From a virus (lineage: Duplodnaviria; Caudoviricetes): a DNA stretch of 64,000 nt. A model generated the notes under the pieces. That model made no database searches, was not told the DNA's origin, and saw only the letters and a program-made list of their open reading frames with translations. How positions within the stretch are numbered: the stretch's first letter is position 1; every line of letters starts with the position of its first letter. The position numbers and the translations under genes are program-made. Below, piece after piece: positions 1 through 12,100 of the stretch. The stretch lies in IMG/VR virus record IMGVR_UViG_3300032030_002018; one strand, written 5' to 3'.

Positions 1-3000
1 ATCCTGTTTGCAACGTCACCATTGCTGTCATATGTCATAACAGGCATTGAGAACTTGGATTCATTGAAAGTGAGAACAGTTCCGTCTTCACTGTTAGTGT
101 ATCCGGTATTATAATTAAGTCTATGATACCTCAAATTATAACAAGCTCCATCACCAAGCATATATTGACATAAATCATCTATAATTTCAGCCGTATCAGA
201 ATACATAACACCCGGATGATATTTAGTACCATTTGTCGTCTTGCTCTTCTCTATCTCATACCCATTGAATGTATAGGTTATATCTTCTCCTTCCTCATTG
301 ACATCAATCCTCTTGTGTAATATCGCACCTATATTGTATTCTATGGTGCAATACATATTATCTGACACATTCACATTTTCAATACCTACGTAATCAATGT
401 TAACGCTTCCACAATTAGGACAAGTTCCCAAATCAGTGATAGACTCGCTCTTGAACAGCATTCCGCAGTTGGCACATTCATAAATATCCAACAAAATACT
501 TTTAACAATCTTGCATATGTCAATAACTTTCAATACATCATAATAATTGACATCAGGCAATTTAATGTTATTATCCTCACAATATTTGTTAAAATACGCG
601 TTATGGACTCTGTAATATTTTCCGTCAGAAAACTTGTCATTAGATAGTTCTACAATAGAATCATCAATTATTTTACCATTCAATGTATCTATATAGTAAA
701 ACTTAATCTTCTGTATTATATTACCGTCATAATACTGTTTGAATAAGTTATTATTATCTGTAAGTTTTTCATTTACAGTTAATTCTGATGTATCGCCAAC
801 TTTAAAATACCAATCGAGCAACACTCCGTCGTATGGTTGTGAAGTCTTTGAGTTTATTCTGTTGTTATCAGGCATATCATTGTTAAACCATTCTTTTTCA
901 GCCTTGTAATCGACATTAAAGTCGTAATATCCAGGCATAACATTACCGAAATCATCAACTGTGAATCTTTTTGGATAAAAACAGCCAAGCATAGAAGATG
1001 ATGTACCCGTTATCTTATCACACGTTACCTTGTTATAAGGATATAACACCTCAACATAATCGTCAGAAACATAAGGATACCTTGTGTCATTTATCCAATT
1101 AGCGTCAGGTTCATTATAATTAACTATGAAAACACCGTCATTGTCATTATAATTTGAAAACACAGCATCGCCAACAATAACTTCCCTTGTGTCACCTGTT
1201 ATATAATATTTCACATCATCTATATACGTGTATCCATTCACCTTCTTATATAGAATATCCTGTTTTCCATCGAATATATCAACAACCTCAACTGTACTGT
1301 TTCCCTGATTTACAAATTCAGTCTTTATCAATCTGTCACCATATATTATACACCTTGTAGGAGAAACCATCTTACAGATATAATCCTCGGGGTGATTACA
1401 CTCCTTTGCAATGTTGAAATTAAAATAATACCAACCGTTTTTCTTCATTGCATAATATGTATTACCCTCTATTTCAGTATAATACACATCATCAGAGTCA
1501 CTATAAACAGGAAAATCAACACCATTATTAGGACTATCTACGTTTTTATTGAAATATGTTACATATGGTATCATAAGTATTTCATATTCAACACCTTTTA
1601 TTGGTATGAAACCATTATCGCTTCTATATACGTTGTATTTGACCGTCATAGTTTTGTCTGTTGGGTTATATATTACAACATTGTTATGGTTTACAGCATA
1701 TGAATTGATATAACTGTAAAAATCATTTATGTTGTTTTTCCTGAAATTGTCATAATAATCTCCCCATTGTTCTTCGTCAAACACGTTTTTCATAGTGTCC
1801 TTGTCATATTTATGTCCAGTATATTGAAGGCTTGACGCATATGAGTTTCCTCCGCTTATGACATATCCGTTATTGTCATTTATCACAACAGTTCCGCCAT
1901 TCGAACTGTCACCGTTTATTGTGCTGTGATAGTCTTCATCGTTATCATACCTTTCTGAAAAGATACTCATTTGTCCAATATCGTAAATACTTGTTTGAAG
2001 AAGCAAAGGAATCGTGAAAGATGCCGAATTTGTCACATATTTATTAGGAACAACGCTGTCAATCCATTCATTCAGAGCAAAATACATTTCGTCTCCACCT
2101 CTGTTCACGTATTCCTCACAATTACAACACCCACTATATTCAGAACATTCGTAAACATTCTCAACACCGCTATACATCCTATACATACCGTCAAACCAGG
2201 CAGCCCATTTTGAAGCGTCAGGATAATATAGATACTTAACACCCCAATAACCAACATATTGTTTAGGTATCTCAAACCTTGCAAAAGAGGTTGATGATAT
2301 GTAATCATAAAAATCCTTACCACCTCTTGCAATGAATAAAGCGTCCATATCAGCACACTCCTGCTCTGTTAATTCCAATAATGAAGGATTGGACGTCTTC
2401 ATATCATATAATGTTTCATATTTTGTATCAGATGAATTAAGATAACCATAATATTCAACAAAGAAATGATACCACTTCTTCAATGTATGATACGTTATGT
2501 ATTTCCTTTTCTCAAAACATCCATCTATATCGCCATTGACAATATCATCAACATAAGGCAATATGTCGTCACAATAATATATGTCATTACCGATATAACA
2601 ATAAAACTCTAATTTTTCAACATCATATGTATTTGATTTATAAGTAGTTATTGTTTTTAATATATTATCGACTGAAAAATTTTCCAATTGATAGTATTCA
2701 TCTCCTTTTTTTCTGTAATATGAATCTACTGGTGTTGGTATGTTTATAATCAGGTCTGTATTGTATGATATTTGGAATGTTTTCAAGTCGAGTTCCATAT
2801 CGCTTGGCATATGGTTATAGTTTCCGTTTACGAAATACTCTGTCTTGTCAATGAAATCGACGAATTCTGATTTTTTATATATGTTTTCAGGTGGTAATCC
2901 GTGTTTTGAAGCATATTCAACAGCTTCTGAATACTTGTAGAATCTATTTCCTTCAATATACCACACATCAGATATGGATGCCATTGTTCCTGGCATTCTT

Positions 3001-3044
3001 GACTTTAATTGTTCTGATGATATTTTTCTGATATATGTTTTCAT
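1..3044 (-). CDS. large hypothetical virion-associated protein, >1000 aa, runs off the window start
   Basis: Not in the ORF track. ATG at 3044 gives MKTYIRKISSEQLKSRMPG..., starting 6 nt after the upstream stop; the frame is still open at position 3 and no closed ORF from this start is listed. Y/D/N-rich like its neighbours. Confidence 0.8.
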   Translation of the reverse strand, partial: MKTYIRKISSEQLKSRMPGTMASISDVWYIEGNRFYKYSEAVEYASKHGLPPENIYKKSEFVDFIDKTEYFVNGNYNHMPSDMELDLKTFQISYNTDLIINIPTPVDSYYRKKGDEYYQLENFSVDNILKTITTYKSNTYDVEKLEFYCYIGNDIYYCDDILPYVDDIVNGDIDGCFEKRKYITYHTLKKWYHFFVEYYGYLNSSDTKYETLYDMKTSNPSLLELTEQECADMDALFIARGGKDFYDYISSTSFARFEIPKQYVGYWGVKYLYYPDASKWAAWFDGMYRMYSGVENVYECSEYSGCCNCEEYVNRGGDEMYFALNEWIDSVVPNKYVTNSASFTIPLLLQTSIYDIGQMSIFSERYDNDEDYHSTINGDSSNGGTVVINDNNGYVISGGNSYASSLQYTGHKYDKDTMKNVFDEEQWGDYYDNFRKNNINDFYSYINSYAVNHNNVVIYNPTDKTMTVKYNVYRSDNGFIPIKGVEYEILMIPYVTYFNKNVDSPNNGVDFPVYSDSDDVYYTEIEGNTYYAMKKNGWYYFNFNIAKECNHPEDYICKMVSPTRCIIYGDRLIKTEFVNQGNSTVEVVDIFDGKQDILYKKVNGYTYIDDVKYYITGDTREVIVGDAVFSNYNDNDGVFIVNYNEPDANWINDTRYPYVSDDYVEVLYPYNKVTCDKITGTSSSMLGCFYPKRFTVDDFGNVMPGYYDFNVDYKAEKEWFNNDMPDNNRINSKTSQPYDGVLLDWYFKVGDTSELTVNEKLTDNNNLFKQYYDGNIIQKIKFYYIDTLNGKIIDDSIVELSNDKFSDGKYYRVHNAYFNKYCEDNNIKLPDVNYYDVLKVIDICKIVKSILLDIYECANCGMLFKSESITDLGTCPNCGSVNIDYVGIENVNVSDNMYCTIEYNIGAILHKRIDVNEEGEDITYTFNGYEIEKSKTTNGTKYHPGVMYSDTAEIIDDLCQYMLGDGACYNLRYHRLNYNTGYTNSEDGTVLTFNESKFSMPVMTYDSNGDVANR

Positions 3045-3050
3045 TGATAT

Positions 3051-6000
3051 TTATTGATATGATTCGTTTTGTAATTTAAGTTCAAACAGGTTGAATTCCA
3101 TTATATTATCGTCAACTCCTGTCACAATGTTTTCCCTATAATTATCTGGTAGGTAATAAACATACCTGTTGTTTTTAATATCATAAATCAATTTAACTGG
3201 TATATACAACCTCTTTCCTATCTCATCTATTGATATACCCCTTTTCATTACATCCCTATCAGCACCACTTGTTATTATGCAAGGTCTTGTTATGTTGCCC
3301 TCATCGACAGTTGGAATATAGAAAGGAAAACTCCTTCCAATACCGGCGTGAAAGAAATCAACTCTCATATAAACAGTAACAGGCTCAATTCCATTTGAAT
3401 ACTCCTTGAACATATATATGTAAAATCCATCAGAAGATGACTTGGTATTATATTTGTTTGTTATGCTTACCCTACTGCTTAATCTGAAATTATCGTTAAA
3501 TTCATTGTCGTCTTTCTCACTTAATACATTTATTGAATTTCCACTGTCAACATAATAATCATCAATATTATCCAACGATGTGTTTATAGTTCCATAAATA
3601 TATTGTGAATCAGCGTATTGAGTGTATTTTTGATATAATTGGTTCTCATCAAGAAATATTGTTGATGTATATAGCAGCATTTGTGTCATAGGGTCATTTG
3701 TGCTATAAAAAGAGAGTCTTATGAATGATTTCGACAACCTTTTCTTCCTGTACTTGACATCAGCATCATCAAAATTGAGCAACCCGATAAGGTCTGATGT
3801 GTTTTGCAATACAACAGTTTCGCCTGACTCAACTACATTCTTATATAAGGCGAGGTCAAGAACAAACCAATTTGAATTGAACCTATTTACGTCTGAAACG
3901 AATGAGTAAGTATCGTCAGAACTTGTTACCTCTCTTGTTGTGCTATTAACATTAACGCCATTCCATATACCGACTTCCTCAGATTCATCATTTATAATAT
4001 TCCACTCACTATCCCTTGTTCTGAAGTGAAAATTAAACCTTATCTCATCAATCAAATTATATTTATCACCATCTAAAAACACAGGGTAATAAATGTCTTT
4101 CTCCATATCAACAAATCCATTGATATTATCCTCAATTACATCATTCGTGTAATAATTCTGTACAAGGTCATCAAGTTGAAGTCTGCTTGAAGACTTACTG
4201 GACAATTCAATTGGCATAACCATAGATGTGCCTACGGCAAACACCCTCAACCCATCAGTTATATCGTACAAATCATTGCTTGACAACGGACTTGTTGAAT
4301 TCAACGCCGCATAAATACCATTTTCAGGATATTTCTCGCTGAATGCGAATATATTACCTGATTTATAAAATCTGAAATCGCTGAAATTCTTTGAAATATC
4401 AGAACATATCGTGTTCCTATAATTTGCAAGATTAACCGCATTACTGTAATTAATTTCATTTCCAATTGATTCTGATATAACCGGTTCACATATAAGCGTA
4501 CTTGGACCGTATATGTCACTAATATACAGACTGTATTCCCTTTTTCCACTTATAGTAGCATAATAAGCCTCAAAAGACCTTATATTATCACCTTCAACTA
4601 TATTGTCATCTATGTGCGTTATCCTGAAATTCCTTCCGTCAATAGTAACTCCACTATATTGAATTATTGGATATGATTTAATTGTATCTGATTCAGATTG
4701 TTTTGCATAATCAGTCAATACAGTTTCATACACATCCTTTTCTGTATAGCCATTCATCAACGCAACATTATAAGCCTCCTCAAAAGAAGCATATGTTGTC
4801 ATATAATCAAGCTTAGGTATGTACCACTTCTTCTTGCTGACTATTATAACATTGTCCTTATATTGTGCGCTCCAACCATCATCACCCTTTATGACTTTAA
4901 AAACAATCTCCTTGTCGTTCACAAAAGCTATGCATTGTGTCATATCATCAACAGTATATGTTATATCATACTCAATACCGTTTATTTCAACGACATCACA
5001 CAAATGCTCAACAGCATAATATCTCTTGCCATTATAAGTCAAATAAAGACTAGTATATCCAGATACTGAACTTTCATCAATATAATATACTATATCACCA
5101 GTCTCAGTTTCAGCACTTAAATACTCAGCTTTACTTTCATCAACTGGTGGGTTATCCTCAATGTAAAGCATATATGTTTCGTTATATGTATATGCTGAAC
5201 ATCTTATGATATCTCCTATATTAAGCATTATGCTTGTATCCGAAACATCAATAGCAATTAATGCTCCTTCTGCGTCGTAGTCAAGTCTTTGAAATACATT
5301 ATAATATTCATCTCCTATCTGTATTTTTGTTAAATCTTCAAGTGCCTGGTTTCCAATCGTATATATATAAGATTTAACAGGCATTATTCCGTCAACATAA
5401 AACTCATCAGCCTTATATACATTATCGTCTATTTTAACGCCAAACACATATTCATCATCACTGTTTCTGTAATAATTCAAATCATATGTGTTATCACCGT
5501 ATTCAATATAAGGAGAATAAGAAACAATTCTTGCCGAATTTACACCAATAGTTTCAAAATTCGGACCATATATCTCAAATTTATTTACATAATGCCACCT
5601 TTCGCTCTCATAATCAAAGAATTGTATCGGTTTGTTGTCAATATATGAAATTGGGTCATATACACCTTCCTGCCTTATAACAGGCATATCATTCTCATTC
5701 TTATAAGTTGGGTTGTATGAGTAATCTATGTCAACATCGTATTCAACACCCTTAATCACAACCTTTCTGTCTTCAATATAATGTTTTGTCGGTATCCTTA
5801 CATAACCGTCAGATGTTTCCTCATAAAACTTGTTATTAATCAGGAAACCACTTACAAAATCATTAGAGAACCTGTAATAATAAACACCATCGTATTCAAT
5901 ATACTTGACTTCTTCCTCAACTAAAAGAGTGCCATCACCAGGATTGAAATTATATATATATCCATTAACTGTGAAAGTATCAGTATTATAATCCTTATAT

Positions 6001-6323
6001 ATTATATTTCCATTATAATCAATATAATATGTATCGCCTGAAGGGTTTATTACATAAGTGCTGTATCCGTGTATGGTATTAATTGCGTATAATTCGTTAG
6101 TCAATACGTATCCCTGTCTTATAACTGACTTGACAGTTATAGGAAGCAATACATCAGTACCGTTATATGGTGAACGAACAATAACATTGTCACCGCTATG
6201 TATATCATATTTATAATCTGTCACACCAGACATATAAGAAAGGTCATCACTTACGTAAACCTCTCTGCAATCAAGCTCAACAGAACTTGTAGTATTGTCT
6301 AACAAGAATTTATACCTTAACAT
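3051..6323 (-). CDS. 1090-aa hypothetical protein, probably structural (baseplate/fibre region)
   Basis: Long beta-rich, Y/D-rich ORF overlapping its upstream neighbour in the baseplate operon; no family recognised. Confidence 0.6.
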   Translation of the reverse strand: MLRYKFLLDNTTSSVELDCREVYVSDDLSYMSGVTDYKYDIHSGDNVIVRSPYNGTDVLLPITVKSVIRQGYVLTNELYAINTIHGYSTYVINPSGDTYYIDYNGNIIYKDYNTDTFTVNGYIYNFNPGDGTLLVEEEVKYIEYDGVYYYRFSNDFVSGFLINNKFYEETSDGYVRIPTKHYIEDRKVVIKGVEYDVDIDYSYNPTYKNENDMPVIRQEGVYDPISYIDNKPIQFFDYESERWHYVNKFEIYGPNFETIGVNSARIVSYSPYIEYGDNTYDLNYYRNSDDEYVFGVKIDDNVYKADEFYVDGIMPVKSYIYTIGNQALEDLTKIQIGDEYYNVFQRLDYDAEGALIAIDVSDTSIMLNIGDIIRCSAYTYNETYMLYIEDNPPVDESKAEYLSAETETGDIVYYIDESSVSGYTSLYLTYNGKRYYAVEHLCDVVEINGIEYDITYTVDDMTQCIAFVNDKEIVFKVIKGDDGWSAQYKDNVIIVSKKKWYIPKLDYMTTYASFEEAYNVALMNGYTEKDVYETVLTDYAKQSESDTIKSYPIIQYSGVTIDGRNFRITHIDDNIVEGDNIRSFEAYYATISGKREYSLYISDIYGPSTLICEPVISESIGNEINYSNAVNLANYRNTICSDISKNFSDFRFYKSGNIFAFSEKYPENGIYAALNSTSPLSSNDLYDITDGLRVFAVGTSMVMPIELSSKSSSRLQLDDLVQNYYTNDVIEDNINGFVDMEKDIYYPVFLDGDKYNLIDEIRFNFHFRTRDSEWNIINDESEEVGIWNGVNVNSTTREVTSSDDTYSFVSDVNRFNSNWFVLDLALYKNVVESGETVVLQNTSDLIGLLNFDDADVKYRKKRLSKSFIRLSFYSTNDPMTQMLLYTSTIFLDENQLYQKYTQYADSQYIYGTINTSLDNIDDYYVDSGNSINVLSEKDDNEFNDNFRLSSRVSITNKYNTKSSSDGFYIYMFKEYSNGIEPVTVYMRVDFFHAGIGRSFPFYIPTVDEGNITRPCIITSGADRDVMKRGISIDEIGKRLYIPVKLIYDIKNNRYVYYLPDNYRENIVTGVDDNIMEFNLFELKLQNESYQ

Positions 6324-9145
6324 CTGTTTTTATCTATATTGGTGTAGTTATCTATATCCTCATCAAAATATATGTCATATGTCTGACCATTAGGCTCATA
6401 TTCAGGCACATTACCGTCTTGGCTTTCTTTTCCAACAACCCTGGGACCATAATATCCATATGGATTTTGCCTTCTAAGGAAGAAATTTATATTGTGTGTC
6501 ACATATATCGCCCCATTTGCAAACGGATGCTCATATCCACCTATTCCATTACTGTCTCCGTGGTCTAAAACCTCTCTCCACACATATTTGCAAGAACCGT
6601 CCTTTGAAAGTTCCGCATAATATGGTGTTGTTTCAGCATCCCTGACACACAATTTAAGGTTTCGTATGTCTGTATAGTCTATAACCTTGTTGTTTTTGTT
6701 GGTTATTGTCACAAGCAATCTTGTGTCACTCAATATGTCATAAACCTCGCATACATAGGTTTCAGAATCATTGAAAGAATATATGTCAAAAACACTACCC
6801 TTTCCAAGGTAACATTCTTCCTTTACACAAACCTCAAACAAAGGCTTACCTTCATTATCATTCCAATATGTTTGTGTTATATATTTCAATGTGTATGTTA
6901 TAGGCTCAGAATTATAAAGGTCGGCGGATAATGTCCTGAATGGTATCCTGTGATGCATCTGATGATAATATCCTTCAATACGCGCATTAGTATTTGCAGT
7001 TATAATACTAAAAGTTTTAACCTCCTTTCTACCGTTCTTTTTTATGCCGAAATCATCGTATTCTATGGTTGACAAGTACTTTTTCGCCTTATCATTTTTT
7101 TTAAGTTCCCTCTGCGCCGTATTGAACCTGTTCTGCATAGTCTGCAATACCTGTTCAAATTTCATATCATCATTATAACAGCATATATCACCGTAGAAAT
7201 TAACAGTATTGTCAAATTCTATCTCATAATTGCTGTCAGCATCCTTATATCCATCCTTGTTTATCCTTCCGATATTATATCCATTCTTCCCTTCGAATGT
7301 GTTTATTGTCCTGATATCAGTAACTCTGCAATGATAAGCCTGGTCTGAAAGCCTGAAAGAACACATATTCGCTCCGAAACAATGCGAATACTCCACATTG
7401 TCAGATTGTATTTCTATTTCCCTGTTATTTATTCCATACCATTCCTTATATCCCTTGTTTCTCTTTGTAACGGTAAGATACAAATCTGTCAAAGGTCTTC
7501 CAAGATTGTCTTTCAATCCGCTTACATCGATATCGTCAGTGAACACTATCTCACTTACACTGTCACCATAAGCATTTGTAGAGAATGACAATTTACTGTT
7601 ATGATTTTCAAACTGATATATCATACTGTCATCCTTTCCAACATATTTCTTATTTGGAATCTTTGAGAATACCCTAACATAATACTTGCATTCAACACCA
7701 TTGTCATCTATTTTCTTAAATGACAAATTCTGTGTCTTGTAATCAACATTTATGTTATTCTCGCCTATATTAACACAATAAGTATTGTTGTTTTTATCAT
7801 ACCAGGAATAATAATCCCTTCTTGTAATTGTTATATCTTCCTTTCCGTTATTGCAATCTATTGACTCAACATCAACACCATCTATTGAAACCCATCTATC
7901 ACTTATTGTGTTATTGTTCTTATATATACAGAATGTATATCTGTCAATAACACTGAACACCTCACAACCATTTATCAATATTTCATCTATATTCTCGTTT
8001 TCCTCATTGATATAACTTGAATATATATTGATTATATCGCCTTCATTCAACCCGTGTTGGCATACACAAAAGAACAATGTCAATTCATCTCCATTCTCAT
8101 TCTTATAGAACGGATTGAAATACAATATTTTAAGAGAATCAATATCACTGTTCAGAAAATCATCAAAACCAACAGTAGTTGAAGAACTTGGATATGTGAT
8201 AGAATAATCCCAGTTATTCTCAACCCTATGTCTTATACTGTTATATTTTGGCACAAAGGAAAACAATGTCCTGTCAGGATACATATCAATGAACTTGTCC
8301 TTGTTTTTTTTACCGTTTATAACACTGTATATATCCAAAGACTCTTCCTCAAAATTATCGAAATTAACATAGTTGGAAGGCATTGAAGACTTGTTGTTAA
8401 ACCCAAACCATCCATTGCTCTCAATCATATTTTTTTCAATTGATTCGTTGAATGTAAGTATGTCGTTTGTTTTGTCATACAACTGAGATGGTGACGGCAC
8501 AAAATACCCACCACTTTCAGGATTCCATTTATTCGTTAACGCACCGTTAACAGCAAGTCCTTCTGAATCCCTTAGGTAATCCCTTATTGTGTTAAAGAAT
8601 CTAGGATTGAATATGTATTCTCCATCTTCATTTTTTTCATATTTTGTCTTACTGGTATATCTGACAGCCTTTGTTGTAATATTTCTCAATATATGGTTGC
8701 TGAATATATCAATTCCACAATGATAATCATATCCACAAGCATCATCCTCTTCATCATCTTTAAGTAATTTAGAATCCCTTGACAATTGTGTGTCTCTTAT
8801 TATGTCAAGATACTTCCAAATATAGTCAGTTCCCTTTCCTATTGAGGTGTTAAATTTTTTTCCATTTGCAAAATAATTAAGACATTCAACTTTATCACTA
8901 CCCTCATTCTTAACAACTTCTGTTATAGGGTTGAACAATGCATTGGTACACACTGAATTAACTGACAAAACAAGCCTTATCCGTTCACACTCATTCCTCT
9001 CCTTAATGTATCTTTCATATATATTCAGAGTATCATAAACGTCAACGGTAGGCATTATTTCCCCATTTCTGCCAAGTGATACGGGAATAAACTTGTTCTT
9101 ATTCACCGACTTCTTGCTCGTCTGTTTGTCCAGTAGAAGTTTCAT
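6317..9145 (-). CDS. 942-aa hypothetical protein, probably structural
   Basis: Long ORF overlapping both neighbours, downstream of baseplate wedge genes. Confidence 0.6.
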   Translation of the reverse strand: MKLLLDKQTSKKSVNKNKFIPVSLGRNGEIMPTVDVYDTLNIYERYIKERNECERIRLVLSVNSVCTNALFNPITEVVKNEGSDKVECLNYFANGKKFNTSIGKGTDYIWKYLDIIRDTQLSRDSKLLKDDEEDDACGYDYHCGIDIFSNHILRNITTKAVRYTSKTKYEKNEDGEYIFNPRFFNTIRDYLRDSEGLAVNGALTNKWNPESGGYFVPSPSQLYDKTNDILTFNESIEKNMIESNGWFGFNNKSSMPSNYVNFDNFEEESLDIYSVINGKKNKDKFIDMYPDRTLFSFVPKYNSIRHRVENNWDYSITYPSSSTTVGFDDFLNSDIDSLKILYFNPFYKNENGDELTLFFCVCQHGLNEGDIINIYSSYINEENENIDEILINGCEVFSVIDRYTFCIYKNNNTISDRWVSIDGVDVESIDCNNGKEDITITRRDYYSWYDKNNNTYCVNIGENNINVDYKTQNLSFKKIDDNGVECKYYVRVFSKIPNKKYVGKDDSMIYQFENHNSKLSFSTNAYGDSVSEIVFTDDIDVSGLKDNLGRPLTDLYLTVTKRNKGYKEWYGINNREIEIQSDNVEYSHCFGANMCSFRLSDQAYHCRVTDIRTINTFEGKNGYNIGRINKDGYKDADSNYEIEFDNTVNFYGDICCYNDDMKFEQVLQTMQNRFNTAQRELKKNDKAKKYLSTIEYDDFGIKKNGRKEVKTFSIITANTNARIEGYYHQMHHRIPFRTLSADLYNSEPITYTLKYITQTYWNDNEGKPLFEVCVKEECYLGKGSVFDIYSFNDSETYVCEVYDILSDTRLLVTITNKNNKVIDYTDIRNLKLCVRDAETTPYYAELSKDGSCKYVWREVLDHGDSNGIGGYEHPFANGAIYVTHNINFFLRRQNPYGYYGPRVVGKESQDGNVPEYEPNGQTYDIYFDEDIDNYTNIDKNRC

Positions 9146-12100
9146 CCTCCATTTCCTCCTTGTTAATTTTTATAGTGAAAGTCCTCGTGTCTTTATTATC
9201 TCCACATTCTCTTGTTAACGTGATTTCATACTCACCTTCTTCTTCTATATGGAAAGTCAACACTTTATTAACATAATCAAAATCATACGGTTTCGCACCA
9301 GTTTCCTCATCTATCTCACACAATCCATCAATTGGTGATATATCCAATGTGAATGTGGAATCCTCCAAAGACGTGCTTAATATACTTTCGTCAAAATCAA
9401 AATCCGTTAAAGTGACAAACTCAGATTCAACATATAGTCCTGATATTGATATTTTACCATAATAAGGATTTTCCTGTTCCTGACATATGGTATCACCAGT
9501 GTCTGACGGTTCACTTATGTTCTTTGTTGCAAACTCCATAGCCATTTCTATACGATTCAATGGTATATATACCTTTTGTGTATTTCCATATATATCAGAT
9601 ACATATAGTTCGTAATTGCCGAAATCCAAATCGCTGAATTGATGATTTATTTTATCTACTTCATCTGTCGGTACCTCATAAAAACCGTCCATAATAAGTT
9701 TAACGCTATTGTAATCAACTTCTCCGCTTGATATACACTTAACGTCCCAGGATATAACACCCTTATCGCCACATAATGTAGGATTTCGTTCAATTTTATA
9801 TGTTATTCCAAAAGGAAACGAATAGTCAACCTTGCAATCATCAGAGAAATTCTGTTTCAATTCATCCATTGCTGTTGCACCATTATTCAACCCAAAGAAG
9901 AAATAAAACGAGTTCTCATACAAAGGAAACTTATATTTATTATCATTTTTTGTATAAAAATGACGTTTGTTTATGAAATGGTCGTAATATGAATCTTTGT
10001 TATTCCAAGATTTTTTCGCCTTATTCCCACTCCTGTATTGATACAATGCACTATCTTTAAATTCAGAATACACTAAATCATAGTCTTCATCTTCCCAAAA
10101 TTTGCTGCTTAATCCGCCAGTTCTGAACAATAAATAATCATTATCCCTGTTCTCAGTTATCAATATATCATCTTTATAATCTGATACTGCGTTTCCATCT
10201 ATAAATGAACGCAATCTGGCATCAAAATTAACCTGGTAATTATATCCAATGTTATACCTTTTATATCCAGTGAATTTATCATTAGCGATACCAACTAATC
10301 TTGAACTATTCAATGATGCAAACATAGAACGTATGTCGCTGTTTGATATTTCATCAGATGTAATCAAACCATCAACAACACGTCTGTTTTTATTTTCACC
10401 CGTATTATTAATTTCATCTGAATTTTTTGGCAAATACATCTGTGTATCATTCGTAACACCAAGTTCACATATCCTTTCAACATTTACGCAAGTTTTCCTA
10501 ACCGTTCTCACAACTAATGTATGACTTGCATCACCATAGTTATAAGACTCCCATCTAACAGCAACGCCAAAAAATAAACCCGTGTCAAATTTAACCCTGT
10601 TCCATTCAGTTTTTTCTGTATCTCCCCAGTTCATACCATTTATAATGCTTTCATAAACATCATAAGTACTGCTACCACTTGTTCTATCTTCAGGTTTAGG
10701 TGATGTTGAATGTACGGAAATAGAAGGTGGTATATTGCTTGTTGAAGACGGCATTTGATTATTGAACTTTGGTATTCCAAATATGTTGTATTCTGACAAA
10801 TTGCCCAACAATATTATATCTGTTGAAAACAAACGAACGTAAGAATTTTCACCATTTGTCCCACAAGAATAATAATAACATATTGTGCCATCTGAATTTT
10901 GATGCAACTGTATTATTCCATTCTTAATATTTATTGTTTCTTTTTCAAGGTCAAATCTCTTTTTGTCATCACTATCACTGGTGTATTGAAAATCATCATT
11001 GTCGTAACCAATAGAACAAGAATCAATAAGGACAATATTCATATTTTTGTCGGGTTGCTTCTGACATTCACAGAACTTTTCCTCAAATGTTTTTTCTCCT
11101 TCATTATAGTTTTTCTTAAGCCTATTCCTGAAATACCATAACGGAAAATATAAACAGCCATTCACCCAATCATTGTAGAAATCAAGACCAACAGAATCTG
11201 ATTCATTCATAACAGACGAAAAAATCTCATTTGTATTATAACCAAATGAACTGTAATTCATTACGTCCCATCGGTCTTCTTTTGTTGCTGGTGGTCTATT
11301 TCCTTGGTAAGCATCCCATATGTTGTTAGCGACATTCCTATAATACTCCCTGTGTATGTTATTCAACCTTATCCTATTAAAAGGGAATGGATTCTTGTCT
11401 TCTGTAACTCCAATGTTTATATCCTTTATACCAGTTCTTTCAGGAGTTACTGTTTTATTTCCGCTTTGAACACGTGGGATATAACTTTTGACAGAATATA
11501 CATTGTTCCAATACAAATCCCTGAAGCAATTGTCTGGTGTTGCCGAACCGAAATGATACAAATCCTCAAGTGAATAATCGTCATACAGTTTAGGTATGAC
11601 CTCATTCTCTTTCAAAAAAGGATTGCAAGGAACAAGGTATCTAGCCTGATGATGCGTCGAAAGTTCATCACCATTCTCACTCAATGTTATTCTGAACCTT
11701 ACAGAAGTCCTTGTCGGTATTCCTTTTGTAGGGTCATTAACAGGAACAATATTACCATATTCATCCATACCGACATAATCAAGGTTCATAGGTATCTGAT
11801 AACACCATACACCGTTTGAATCAATAAGTTGGTTTCCCTTGATTGAAAACTCCTCTATATTACCATAAGGTGTTTTCCTTATCATCTCGATAGTACCCTC
11901 AGATGTTGTGAGCTGCGAGAAAATACCACAATTCGCATTTGGTACACAGTCCTGTGATATGAAGTTATCACTGTTATCAGTTACAATAGAACCCATAAAC
12001 ACACAGGTTGTCTCAAAAGAATACTGTATGTCAATGTCCTTCCTTGTGATAGCGACATCATCAGACGATTCATCTCCACAGAACGGATATACATTGATAG

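Noticed and set aside
3046-3054. GATATTTAT on the plus strand
   Set aside because: Antisense to both flanking genes and formed by a stop codon plus short spacer; probably coincidental
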